Part shown: positions 51,123 to 63,813 of the stretch, one piece after another | Numbering within the stretch: position 1 is the first letter of the stretch | How the letters are laid out: each line of letters starts with the position of its first letter | Assembly (NCBI GenBank): GCA_051362555.1 | Contig: CM120640.1 | Location: 15,438,001 to 15,502,000, forward strand | Direction: 5' to 3' | DNA length: 64,000 nucleotides | From: Lingula anatina | Lineage: Eukaryota; Animalia; Brachiopoda | Made by a program: the position numbers and the translations under genes | The notes under the pieces: model-generated | Told to the model about the DNA's origin: nothing | The model's input: the letters and a program-made list of their open reading frames with translations, nothing else | Database searches by the model: none

Positions 51123-53869
51123 CTTGTGCCTTAAAACTGTGGCTGCTCAGCTACATACAAGCCTGAATGAATAATCAGTCCAGTATTAGTTCAACAGTGC
51201 ACCCCAGCCTGAAGTGCATACTGATAACAACACAGATCTGGTTTAAGCCAAGAGCTGGGTCCAATTTCAATCTAAGTGCAGACATCTTAGCATTTTGTTG
51301 TTCTTTCACTAGCACAAATTGTAGTACATTGTTTGAATTTACCAAACACAAATGATAAAACTTTACCAAGAAATAGAGTAACTGATTTTGAAATACACAT
51401 GGGAAAAACTGGTCTCAAACCTAAGGAGTCCAGAAGTGAATCTGGCCAATTTGTACCTATAGGAGATCAAATGAGCCCTGTTCTAAAAGAAATACCAGCA
51501 TTTGTTTTAATAAGCTTCATGTCCGAGCATGAGCTGTGCTATATTCAGCATGTGTCCACCTGTTCAGCAAATTTCTCTTCACACCTGTACAGATGTCTCA
51601 ATTTTCTCTTTCGATAAAACTGCTCCGCTAATTGTCTTCAAGCTAAATCTAAAGATAATTTTCCATATAACGCCAAGAGGAAAGTTTTATTCTTTCCACC
51701 CAAAGAACAGATTTACCTTGTACTTCCTACCAAATGCATCAACTGATGGTTTATTTCAATCAAGAATAAATCTCAATCAAGCACTGAACTTCTTCCACAT
51801 AAATTAGGAAATTCCACAAAGGGATTCGTCTTACAATACATTTTCTGCTAGACTGATCACAAGTGGACAGAAGTTCAATCTATCAATATTTCTTGGATTA
51901 GCATGTAAGGCAATGGGTGAAGCCATTAATAAGATTTGACAATGGAACTTCATGTTGGGCTAGGCTATAATTTTTGTAATGCCAAACCAGATGCATATTT
52001 CACAAATTAATGATTGATCAGATTTTGAAAAAAAAAAAAAAAAAAAAAAAAAATCCAGCTGTAATTTTCATCAGAGGTATTATATTATAAAATATCTAAT
52101 TGGTTTTTGATAAGTCCTTGCTGGGCAATAGATATCATTGGTTTATAAAATATCAGTGACAAAAAAATCTTTGACCAATTATGACAGCATCACAGGTGAA
52201 TTAAAGTGGACTAAAATTTTGGTCTAAATGTTTTAGTTCAGGCCAATTTTTAGATCGCTTGCAAGAAGAGTATTTGGTTCAGCATTCCACAAACCATAAT
52301 CCAAGTGGCCAGTCTATCTTATCAGATGCATATGACTAAATCTTAGTGTGATTACCAATATTCCACATGATCTATTTGCAATGCCCCAGCTGGGAGGTCA
52401 ATCAGTGGAAGCTAGACCAGTTACATAATCTGCTAGGTAAATTTAGAGACCATGCTTGGAGCCAACTAAACACACACAAAAACAGAACTGTTGAATAATA
52501 CCAAATGCTTATGATTTACTTCTAGTTCTGGAAATTATTAAGACAGGTCAATATTTGTTCTGGTTATGAGAATATCAAAGCAATAATAACTCTTCCTTTG
52601 AGATTCAAAGTTCCGCAAGAAATACATTCTTAACAACACACGGAAATATATTATATTGCATTTCACCACTAAAACGGCTGTTATTGTAGTAAAACTAAAA
52701 ATTGTGCTGGTCAATAGGGCTTTCGGTGCCTTTTTTCCCGGTCATCAAGGCATTCGTTGCCAAGGATTTTGGCGCATCACGCGGATTCTCGCATGCAGTC
52801 GAGACCAAAATAACACAGGCGCATGACACAATCCTCAGACGTAAGTTGCGAGTTTTTATACAGTGTGTCGGATAACGAAAAGCCCAGAACTGCACACGTT
52901 GTGAATATGAGCAATTAAGACGATTACATCGTATGAATCTTATTTTATTGCAATAAAGTGTTGTTGTTGTCTGCTTTTCCCGCGGTTTTTAGTAGGTCAT
53001 CAGAAAACCCCGCTCAATATGCTATGTTAGAGAGGGCTCCGTCAGTTAAAATCACTTAAGAGATTTTAACAAAAAACCGTACGTTTAGGGAAAAAACCCT
53101 GGATTAACTTTGAATGCAGGAATGGGGTCGCTGATCATTGGTGAGTACGGGAAAATTGCCGTTTACTCCAGGAAAATCCAATTTTTGGCCAAAACGAAGA
53201 GTTATTATGACTTTATTATTGATTGGCATAGTTTGTACTGATGTAGTTTACTGAGAGCCATGGTGAACAAATGTAAACTCACAAATTTCAACCAGCTAAA
53301 TGCTCTGGAAGTTTATATATTTAAGATTTTCACATTGTCATCCATGATTTATAGTTGATATATGGAAGGAGAGGAAGAAATTATTTGCTTGGTTCAATAA
53401 TTGATTGGTGTTGGTGGCGAGAGCGGGAGTCACCCTGTGTTGCTTGAGCAGGAACACCTTGACGACCAATCAGCACGATAAATTGATAAAATACTGGGAC
53501 AGATATTAGAGTGAGGTTAGCAGTTATTGAAGGTGGGGCAAAATTTAGTATAAATGATATTTTCTAGCATGAAACCTGGGAGAATATTGGAACTTTGAAG
53601 TACTTGTTTTTAAGCACCAAGCATCACAAAGCATTACAATTACTAAATTTTGTAATTACTGAATCAGTGCCAGTACTAAGCTTTAGTTACAAAAGACAGT
53701 CAACAATGGTTGATGTAATTATTTTCCCAAACATCAGCATCTAATACTGCTTTCACATTATCTAAATCTGGGCCAGTGGATCAAAGCTTAAAATCTGTTT
53801 GCCTTATAATGTTCTTCTGAATTATAGACATTTGATTTTATGGGTACATTTAGAAACAATATTGTAAAA

Positions 53870-53900
<31 letters not shown>

Positions 53901-54169
53901 GGCTACATTTCATTTGATATAAGTTTTTGGGGCTTTTCTTGCTAACAGAATTGATAAACATTAACCTTTCCAGCTGGTTAGAAAAAGATTCTTCAAGTAC
54001 TTTTCTAAAAATCAACAGCCTGAGGCTGATCACTATTTAAAACACAGCATACATGCTTGCTGTAAACTAATAGATTAATGGATAAATTAATATATTAAGA
54101 TCTAGATACAGTTTTTTTTTTAATGAAACCTTCCCAAAGAAAACTGCTACAGAGGCACTGAATCACTTC

Positions 54170-54422
54170 TCAAATGACTGGAGGCTGCAGAGAGACTGTT
54201 GGCAGTGGAGAAATGGTACATTTGCTAGCTCTGAGCACCTAATACGGCAGCCGGGCTGTATCCTCCCCAGGGAGGCAAGAGCGATAACCTATAGTGTGAA
54301 ACAGGGCCAAAATGATCAGGCTTCCTTTGACTAAATAAATGTGATTTATTATATATATATATATATAACTTCAACCATCAGGGTTGCCATATTTCAATAA
54401 AGATTATTATTATTATTATTAT
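54170..54422 (+). mobile_element. Decayed retroposon 3' ends (SINE-like fragment plus AATAAA-(TTA)n tail)
   Basis: GGGCTGTATCCTCCCCAGGGAG resembles conserved invertebrate SINE central domains (from memory); AATAAAGATTATTATTATT... at 54396-54422 has the same tail type as the LINE at 4013-4040. Confidence 0.4.
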
Positions 54423-55426
54423 ACTGTAAATTAATTCTCAGTAAAAATTATGTTGCTCAATTTTACATTTTTTTCTTTTTGAGTTTAATGGAGTTTTATC
54501 TTCCAAAGACACCACCATAACAAAAAATGACAAATCTGATTTAAGTTGCACTTGGATATAAGATAAAGAAGTTTATACTATTTCTCAAAGGTATTCAGAC
54601 TCTAACAATAAATTTGAATAGAATAGAATGAATAGCAGATATATATTTTTGTGTCAGCTGGTGTAAAAAGTATATATAATTGAATTTACCACATTCACAT
54701 GTAAAGGTATAACTGCTGGAAATAGAAGAGATAGAAAGCACTTTTTGTATTAGTCTAGAAAAATAAGAGAGTCATTAATGATACATTATATCATTAACAC
54801 ATCTTCTTATACATTCTCTTAAAAGTTTGCTTGTGAAAACATTTGTCTATATTCTTTTGTACATGCTTTTGTCACTTTTAAAATTTGTGTAATGAAAATT
54901 TTCCCAAACTTTCACCCAAGTTATACGGCTCTTCCTTCATACACGTAAATCACATTGGTCCAGTTGGTTGCTTCAATTCACATTGTGGTTTATGAAGAGA
55001 AAGGGATTTATACTAACCATAATAACACAGCTTACTTGACTGTACCTGTTGACCCTTACACGACTAGAATGTCCACATAGACAAATTATATTCAGCACAC
55101 TGTCAATAAAAGTACACTTAAAATGTATACGAATGTCGTATTTTACCATGTTTTTGCCACTGTCACAATCTCATTTTCAGTCTCCGACAGTAAACCCTAA
55201 TCCACATGTCCACAAGGACATGCACACATTGTACTGCGATTCGTGTCACATGGGGTGAAACTAATAAGTAAAGCGCATTATTTGTTGGATATACAGCCTA
55301 CACAGTGAATGTGAAAAAGGAAGTTCTTGCACAAAATAAGTAACAATATATTACTTTGGCGCATAATTAGCTTTACTTCTTAATAAAACAGCAATAAGGT
55401 CTTGTTTAGATAAATATTCAAAATAC

Positions 55427-55882
55427 CTTATCGAACTTCGCTCCCCCTCCGTTCATTGTTGCCCTTTGGTTACTTCGAAATGAGAGATTCTGTTGTTTTT
55501 ATTTTTACCGTAGAGCCTAGATGGGAATACATTCAGTTAATTGTGGCTTTTTGGGTCGTATGATTGACTGCACAACTTAAAGAGCTCATATATTTACATG
55601 ATGGATTTAGTAAAAGGAGTATTATCTTTCTTTCTCACTACTCCTTATTACTCCCAAGAATTGATACAAGGTGGAACGGAAGCACAACTGATTAAAAAAA
55701 AAAACTTTTTACATCTCAAATAAAAGTAATGCCTTCAAACACGTGATGTGGCATGAATACAATTCTTAACCTTAAAAAATTATAAAGTTTTGGTAAAAAA
55801 ATTCCCGCCTTTTTATTCTATTTTGCCGCACACTTGACCTAGTTTTTATATGACCTGATTTTCTAAGGCTGCGTTCTGCAAA
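55427..55882. promoter_or_regulatory. Probable bidirectional promoter of NDUFAF2 (+) and SLC29 (-)
   Basis: CACGTG (55740-55745), TTCCCGCC (55802-55809) and TGACCT half-sites upstream of the NDUFAF2 ATG; minus-strand donor AAG|GTATTT at 55427/55426. Confidence 0.5.
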
Positions 55883-58800
55883 ATGCATTTTCAGGCTGCT
55901 AGGATTTGGTCACGTTATAGGGTTTCTCAAGTCCTCTTCATCAACCCTTCTCGATGTTATGTTTCGAGAAAACAAGACTCGGGATCATATAGTGTTAGGG
56001 TGGGATTCTTTGAGCGACTTAAAAGAAAATTTTCGAATGAAAAAATAATTGGCATGGATCATTTGGGTAATGTGTATTATGAAAAAATTACCCGAAGTGG
56101 TAAAACTATTAGGACATTTCAAAATGATAAGTTCAATAATGCTGAAGATGTAACTGACTTTATAGATGATGTCGACATACCGGTAGAATGGCAAGGTAAT
56201 TGGTTGCTGTCTGTGTGTGTGTGTGTGTGTGTGTGTGGGAGGGGGGGGGGGGCAGTATTTGAAAGGATAGAACTCACTTGTGTATCACTCCTGAAGGCAT
56301 TTTATATACTTGTATTCATGCTCTTGTTCGGGGGTAAATTTTTTGGGAATTGGGCATCTTCCTGCCTCTGTTGGCATTGGCGTTTTCCTCTAACTTTTGT
56401 TTCCTATCATTTGATTAAAAACCTTGGTTACATTGCTTTAAGCATTTACCCATTTATCTACTATTCAATATTTTTATAGTTAATAGGGTGGGTGTTCAAT
56501 CTTTATATTTAGCATACAGATCAAGATCGTTAACTGACGACAGCTTTGTGAAACGGGTCCCAGAATAAAAAGTGTATGACTTGGCAATTGTGGATGGATA
56601 GCTATTTGTTGTTTTAGCACTGCATATTTAGAAAAAATTGGAGACAGTCCTGTTCTGCTGTATTCATTATAGAATGACCAATAAGAAAAATAGTTTACTA
56701 TGCAAAATTTGTATCTTTCCAAGTTTGCATGTGAGTTTACAGTGAATTGGCTTAGCACAAACAAATATTTTACGAATAAGAAGATAGATTAGTGTGCAAA
56801 TATGACTAACTCAGTTTTGTGAGTAATTTTATTGGATTTTTCAAAAATTTAATTTTAGGTTGGCTGAGAAAAACAAGAGATGATCCACCCACACAGGAGG
56901 TAAGAACTGGCTACCCAGAAATAATTCCCTTCTCATAAAGTGAGATTGATCACTAATTAGACTATGGAATTTACTAAATCTTGTCATATGCACAAATGTG
57001 CAGTAGTTCTTCCAGGAAAACCTTTTTTTCTAAAATTTTAGATTATTGTTAAAACTTTGCTAATTGACATTCTTGGCCTCTTCCTCCCCCTCCATTCCCT
57101 AATCTAGTAGCCTGAAGAAATGTGTATATAAGGAATAATACATCTTTTTGAGGTATAGGTGCAATAAGGGACTGTAAAAAATTAAGGAAACATCAATATC
57201 AATACATTTTCAGTCACGATCATGAGAAAAAATTGAAAATGAAAACAAGGACTTGTAGTTTTGATTTTAGTGGGAATTTGGGAACATCAGGGCCCGGTTG
57301 CACCAACAGGGCGTAAATTTACTTGGCTACGACTGTTGTAAACTGCAATGCCTGGCGTACGTGTGCCAGGTTTACTCTCCCTGCTTACGCCCGTTGCACC
57401 AAGATAAAAACTGATCGTCGTAACTACGCCCGAGTAACGCTCGAGTAACGCTTTTTAAAAACCCAGCTATACAGACGAAAGTTTTGTGTAACACCCCATT
57501 TCCATAGATTAGATCGACCTACTTTAGATCGACCTAACTCCCTGGGGGTTCACGCTAAATAGCTGTCAGCCGGGCGGACACGAAAGTTAATTACCCCTTA
57601 CACCTTGTAGTAAGCGGGACGGACATTTAAGTCGGATTATCTGAAAGTAATCTAGTGAGACTCCCCGCGGGGATAGATCGATCTAAAATCTATGGGAATA
57701 GAGCCTAAGACACAAACAAATAACAACCCACATTTTCTACGTTAACTACGATAATTGTCATCAAACTCTCTCTGTGCCAGTCTAGCCATAGTGGAAAATG
57801 AGCTACGACCGACTTACTCCACCTAGCTGGCAGGCGTTAATTTACGACTAAGTTAAGACCGACGTAAACACTATTTCAGTTTGGTGCAACTGGCTTTTCT
57901 CGGGCGTAGCATTTTGTGCCCAGTCTACGCCGGCGCAACTGCTACGCCTCACTTACGACCGGTTGGTGCAACCGGGCCCAGAATACTACTTTTGACTGAT
58001 AAATCCGAATTGTACGGGGTCCTTAAAGATTTTATGTCATGGTTCTCTTCCCATAATATCCATGTACTGATGAAGTAGTTTTTGACTTGTCTTGAAGTAG
58101 AAAAATGCTGTCACTGTCACTTTGCAAATTTTATTAAATGTGAATGGATAACAAGTTATCATATGCTGTACATGATTTGCCCAGTAAAGTAGCACTTGGT
58201 AAGGCCCTTGTCCTATATATTTGTATAATGTTGTGGGTTTTAAAGCCTGAACATGTAGACAATTGTTGAAGACAGGAGAATCTTTGTAAGTTATCCCTTG
58301 AGCTTTCTTTAAAACTTAAAAGATATATCTTTCATGATTTTTTTTCAGGAAATCAATATAAATCTAGCAATTGCAGCAACCAAGAAAATTAAAGGTAGAC
58401 AGTTGGAAGAAAAATATAACCAGGTAGGCAGTCACTGTAAAAAATTTTTTTGTGTGTAAACTATGATTATAATTAGTCAGTTGCTTTTATTGAGTGGCAA
58501 TTTACATAAAATGCATCATTGCTCAATTTAAAACTTTTTGTGTTAAGAAAAAATATCAGAATAAACTAAATTCCTTGCAATAACCCCCAAGGCACAATAT
58601 GTATTTTCTTTAAAGGATTGATGAAACTAGAATTATAATGTTATAGTAATACATTTGTACTGTTAGATTTGTGTGCAATATTTACTATTGATATCTTCCT
58701 TAGGTTCAACCTGGACCCTGATAGTTGATTTATCAGGACGTCATAAGTGAAAATGTATAATGGTTTTTGTTGTACTTTCCTAGGAACATGCAGGCAGCAG

Positions 58801-59303
58801 TGTAAAAAGTCAATCTTCTAAGAAAAAAGGTTTACAAATTTAATTCCTATTTTAAATTCCAACATCTAAGTGTTGATAGCATTTTTCAGTCTTTAGAGCT
58901 CAGTTTGCTGGATTTGTAGATCTTAAATTTTGATATTTATCATAAAAATGATATACCATTGGTTTTAATGTTGGTTGCTTCCTTTGTAAGATTTAAAATT
59001 ACTACATTTGCTCAAAAATTGAACATAATGTGACACTCAAAAAAATACACATTTTTGTTCAGTTGATAAACTTTTTGAAAAGTCATTAAAACATTGAAAT
59101 TGTTTTTAATCTGAAATACTGTAAACTGCATGTCCAATTGAGTTTATGACTTTTAACTTGTTCTTTTATTTTTCTATGAAGTTGCTCTCATTCTGTTTTT
59201 TTTTTCTTTTTTAGTTGCATTTCCAAGCTATGACGAGTATGAAATCAAAGCAGGTGCTGAAATAAGGAACTTTCCGAATTCAGACAAGGATAAAAAATCA
59301 TAG
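55883..59303 (+). CDS. NDUFAF2: NADH dehydrogenase (complex I) assembly factor 2 (mimitin, NDUFA12 family), 187 aa
   Basis: Exons 55883-56195, 56859-56899, 58349-58423, 58784-58829, 59215-59303 (564 nt). Motifs IGMDHLGNVYYE, IPVEWQGWLRKTRDDPPTQEEI, FPSYDEYE; Arg-rich mitochondrial-type leader. Confidence 0.9.
57291..57978. mobile_element. Harbinger-type MITE (CAG TSD) in NDUFAF2 intron 2, hosting a nested MITE
   Basis: 17-bp perfect TIR GGCCCGGTTGCACCAAC / GTTGGTGCAACCGGGCC; CAG on both flanks; internal TTGCACCAA repeats. Confidence 0.9.
57492..57705 (-). mobile_element. MITE family H1, copy 2, nested in the element above
   Basis: TAA duplication (57489-57491, 57706-57708); reverse-complement similarity to 24230-24455 and 63596-63813. 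Confidence 0.85.
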
Positions 59304-60327
59304 CAGAACTTTTCTGAATAAAGCTCGGCAACATGAATGATATTGCATATCATTTTATAACTATTACATCATCTTGATTGACTGATGCACAGTTCTCTTA
59401 GATTTCTGGCAGAAATCAAAGACAGAAAGTTGATGCAAACATCTACTTGTACATATATGCTGTACTTTCTCTTTTGTTTGTGAACTGAGGGTGTATGAGA
59501 TAGATGCAATGGACCTAACAACTTCTGGGGTTACCTCTAAAGCTACAATGCGGGCCATGTACACTTTTTGATAGCTTTGACCTTTTTACTTTAGTCATAG
59601 GCTCAAAGTTTGTATATTGATGTTTTATTGTACCACCAGCGTTAGCGCTGGCGGTACACATGGTTTCGGTCCTGTCCGAATCGTTCCGCCTGCTCCGCCG
59701 GACGGCTACCATTACCGCTTCTCCTCCTAGACGGTAAGGGCCCCCGTACCCATCTCTTGGATTTAGGTCACCTATAATCTCAACTCGTTCCACGTAAAAT
59801 TTGGGCTTTGTCGGTATTGGGGTCTGGGTGTGGCACTCATTGCAATGCACCCTTGTCCAAAAATGGCAAAATTAAATGCTAATTATCTACCCTACGGAAG
59901 GGGTTATGGGAAAAATTTCTACAGACGGCTTTCCAAAAGTCATATGTGTAGATTTCAAATATGCCCTTGGATTTGACCTTTGACCTTTACTTCAAGGTCA
60001 AATGGGCCAAAATTTTCAAAAAAATTTACTTCAAGGTCAAACAGGCCAAAATTTTCAAAAAAATAAATTTTTTACGAAAAAAATTTCTTTTGCCCTGTTA
60101 TTCAGACACCACACAGACTTAACCAATAATATTATTGGAAAGTGTTACCCTTCAGGTCATCTTTCATCTCCGTGAATTTGGGGTCAATCGGTGCATTTTC
60201 ATGGGAGTAGCGGCCATAAGATGCCAAAACTGAAAACTGTCTCTAATTCGGGGACCGTTAATGCTAGAGACCCATTCTTTTTTGCATTTTGTAGAGCATG
60301 TAAAGCCCAACACTGGAGGTGGTCTCC

Positions 60328-60832
60328 GTTTTTTTGTATTCCAAACGGTTTTCGAGTTACGCTATCAAAAAGTACATATTGGTGGTGAAAGCAAAATGTG
60401 CAGTACGGTATAGTCAGGTGGCTAAGTCCAAATTTTATCCAGAATTGTGCAATAGATGATGAAAGCACGAAACTTTCCACGATGAATGACCATTGGGTGT
60501 TCGTCTATTTTGGATCAGGGGGTTGTTTTTTTGTATTCCAAACGGTTTTCGAGTTACGCTATCAAAAAGTACATATTGATGGTGAAAGCAAAATGTGCAG
60601 TACGGTATAGGGAGGCGGCTAAGCCAAAAAATTGTGCAATAGATGATAAAAGCATGAAACTTTCCACGATGAATGACCATTGGGTGTTAGTCTATTTTGG
60701 ATCGGGGGGCAACTCCAAAATTCATTAGTACTTGGATGAGCGGCTTTCTTAAATATTCATCAAGGAAAGTTTCATGCTTTTATCATCTTTTGCACAATTC
60801 TGGATATAATTTGGACTTAACTGCCTGACTAG
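60328..60832. repeat. Two ~197-bp direct repeats plus an inverted partial copy inside the HINE
   Basis: TTTTTTGTATTCCAAACGGTTTTCGAGTTACGCTATCAAAAAGTACATATTG at ~60330 and ~60527; 60757-60832 is a reverse-complement match to ~60411-60485. Confidence 0.85.
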
Positions 60833-61044
60833 TAATGGAAAAATAAAACATAAGGCTTGGCAAAGCAGACAACTTGCGGTCATAATTGACATTATTTCAT
60901 CAAATTTGAACTTTTGGAACTTCAGAGTACCTCCCATTTCAAGAATTTTGACCAAAATGACCTTTTCTTTATTTTGATTAATTTTTTCTGTAGGAAATTT
61001 ATGGCACATTATGGGAACTCCAAAATTATAACATTTAGTCCCTT

Positions 61045-61793
61045 ATATCTCCAAAACTGGCAGAGATAGGTCCATAGTTACTATTGAACTTGAATAGGAA
61101 GTCATACACTGGCAATCTAAACGTGACCTTGAAATTGACCTTTGACCTACTTTTCACCATGAACTGAACTTTGCAAATTTTGCTGCCCTTTTATCTCCAA
61201 AACTGGCAGAGATAGGTCCATAGTTACTATTGAATTGGAATAAGAAGTCATACACTGGCAATCTAAATGTGACCTTGAAATTGACCTTTGACCTACTTTT
61301 CACCATGGGCTGAAGTTTGCAAATTTTGCTTCCCTTTCATATCCAAAACTGGCAGAGATAGGTCCATAGTTACTATTGAACTTGGATAGGAAGTCATATA
61401 CTGGCAATCTTAATGTGACCTTGAAATTGACCTTTGACCTACTTTTCACCATGAACTGAACTTTGCAAATTTTACTGCCCATTTATCTCCAAAACTGGCA
61501 GAGATAGGTCCATAGTTACTATTGAACTGGAATAAGAAGTCATACACTGGCAATCTAAATGTGACCTTGAAATTGACCTTTGACCTACTTTTCACCATGG
61601 GCTGAAGTTTGCAAATTTTGCTTCCCTTTTATCTCCAAAACTGGCAGAGATAGGTCCATAGTTACTATTGAACTTGAATAGGAAGTCATATATTGGCAAT
61701 CTAAATGTGACCTTGAAATTGACCTTTGACCTACTTTTCACCATGAACTGAACTTTGCAATTTTTTTTCCATTTTATCTCTAAAACTGGCAGA
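61045..61793. repeat. 146-bp satellite-like tandem array, 5 copies plus a partial, alternating A/B variants
   Basis: CCAAAACTGGCAGAGATAGGTCC starts at 61051, 61197, 61343, 61489, 61635 (exact 146 period), with a partial at ~61780. Confidence 0.95.
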
Positions 61794-62214
61794 CAAAAAA
61801 GACAACTTTCAAATTGTTAGCGAAAGTTCATTCCCAATGTGAAAGAGATGAGGACGCGATTTTCATATTTGAGTCTTCGTTGGCCAAAGAGCAAAGAATC
61901 GTTGGGGGATCGTTGCAATCGTGTATTCATTCAATGGCTTTTGTTTGCGAAAGATTGTCAACTAGTGAGACAACCCCTCCCCCTTCTTTTTCCTTCCCAT
62001 ACGAATGTTCTTACTCCAGCTGGTGGTACAATACCAGGAGGCGGTATCGCCTCTCTGTTCTGTCAGTCTTGGTGTTTAAAGGTATACTGAGGTCAAACAA
62101 CACTTTAAATTATCATTTATATGCCCAAATTTCATTATTGACCATTTTCTCAAAAAAAAAAAGAAAAAAAATTATTACATTTTATAAGCTTATACACAGA
62201 TACAGGTGTGAATC

Positions 62215-62370
62215 TAGTTTAAGATATGCCCACAATGCACCATAGTCAAATAGTACTCTTAGTTTCCCTGGCTTTTTATCAGAAATGACTGGATGATGCA
62301 GTAAGTTCTATCTGTCAATATCTCATCTTCAGGGATCTTCTCAGCATAACCCTTCTTCAAAAACTTTGCA
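62215..62370 (-). pseudogene. BEL/Pao LTR-retrotransposon pol (RT N-terminal) fragment, frameshifted
   Basis: Minus-strand translation KFLKKGYAEKIPEDEILTDRT / (frameshift) LHHPVISDKKPGKLRVLFDYGA matches the BEL/Pao pattern GYAEKVP...YLPHHPV...KPGKxRVVFD. Confidence 0.75.
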
Positions 62371-62649
62371 CTTGCCCATCCCCAGACTCGTTTTTGTCTG
62401 TAAACTACCATTTGTCCACTTGATTTGTGAGATGGCTGACAAAATCTTCTGTTGACTTACTAGTAGAATAAAGGATGCTCCCTCATCCTGGACATTAGAA
62501 TTAGCCATTGTAGTAGAATAGTGTTGGATCGTAAAAAATTCTGAAAGGTATTGTTGAATTCAGCTGACATGAGACTCCATGTATAACCACTATAGTTCTT
62601 GGTTAATAAATCACAGAGAGTGGTTAAAATATACAATTGTGTTTAATTG

Positions 62650-63108
62650 TGTTCAGTGCATCAAACTTTGAATTAAGCTGGCTTCTGTCATAGCTGTAGC
62701 CATCACTGCTGGTTTAAGGCTCACTTCTACCAAGGCTGCTGGGTGAAGCTCGGCCATTGTCTGAACCTGTGTTTGTATTATAAAGGGCCGGATTTCGGCC
62801 CCGAGTCCATTCATGCATGCAGAAATCAAGCTATATTGATGTCCAGAGTAGTGTTCCTACCTAGTGTCCTCATTCTTGTGAGAAAATCCACTGCATTTTA
62901 TGTGTCTCCGTCTTTCAGATGAAATAGTTTGTTTTTTTTTTGTAATTTCATCTGCTGTGTTCGTTTGAAGGGCTTAAACAAGTCAGTCTTTCCTTAACCT
63001 TTCTGGCAGAGTTTGAAACCACATTTATGCACTTTTCTTCAAAAGAAAAGGCAGATATTGTGTTTTGTCTAGTTGATTTGCTGCAAAGGCTTTGAACTTC
63101 ATCAGCAA
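62650..63108 (-). pseudogene. Decayed Ty3/Gypsy-type gag (capsid) fragment
   Basis: Minus-strand segments LMKFKAFAA..KTQYLPFLLKKSA*MWFQTLPERLRKD*, AVDFLTRMRTLG and MNGLGAEIRPFIIQTQVQTMAELHPAA resemble retrotransposon Gag capsid helices; contains stops and frameshifts. Confidence 0.65.
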
Positions 63109-63595
63109 GACTGACTAAAAACTACAATGCAACCACAGAGGTGAGGCGTGGTCTCTCTCACTCTCATTGATCACTTTTAAGTTATAAAGTATGTAATTAA
63201 AAATAATGCACGAGTTGTGTATATGTGGCAAGATAATTATAGGCTCATTGTTTGAGGATGCCAGCACATTGTTTGCTAATGACATCACCTGACACAATCT
63301 CTTAAATTTAACTTTTGTGGTAGAAAACTTGGTATAATTTACTGATTGCATCTTAAGATGTAGTCACAAAAGGTCTGTTATCTGAAATAATTAAATAATG
63401 ACTTAACTTCATATCTGTAATTCAACAACGTGGTTTTTTTTTTGTTGTTGTTTTATAAATCTAAAATCATCTCTATCATACATGGGTTTGCACTCCAATG
63501 ATTTCATGCCCCATACTGCAGTGGAATTGGATCGTGGGGATGTGGAAAACAGAGAACACTTTATTTGGTAATGGACACCTTATCTCCCTGTCTAA

Positions 63596-63813
63596 GACCC
63601 CATTCCAATAGATTTTAGATCGATCTATCCCTGTGGGAGTCTCACTAGATTACTGTCAGCTTAGCCGGCTTAAGCGTCTGTCCCGCCTTCTAAAAGCAGT
63701 AAGGGGGTAATTAACTATGGTGCGCGCTCGGCTGACTGCAATTTTGCGTGAACCCCCAGGGAGTTGGGTCGATCTAAATCTCTGGATTGATCTAAATCTC
63801 TGGGAATGCTCCC
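63596..63813 (+). mobile_element. MITE family H1, copy 3
   Basis: TAA duplication (63593-63595, 63814-63816); aligns with 24230-24455. Confidence 0.88.

Larger units (their letters stand above)
59623..62075 (+). mobile_element. Helentron-associated non-autonomous element (HINE/DINE-1-like), ~2.45 kb
   Basis: 5' subTIR TATTGTACCACCAGC (59626-59640) inside hairpin GTACCACCAGCG-TTAG-CGCTGGCGGTAC; matching 3' subTIR GCTGGTGGTACAATA (62019-62033) followed by hairpin GAGGCG-GTAT-CGCCTC (62038-62053); T-rich ends, no TSD; internal tandem repeats. Confidence 0.85.

Noticed and set aside
61045-61793. Regular repeat arrays here and at 40965-42155 as possible CRISPR arrays
   Set aside because: Contiguous tandem units without unique spacers, no cas genes, eukaryotic context.
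59364-62245. ORFs within the HINE as Rep/helicase or captured genes
   Set aside because: No HUH or helicase motifs; short and repeat-derived.
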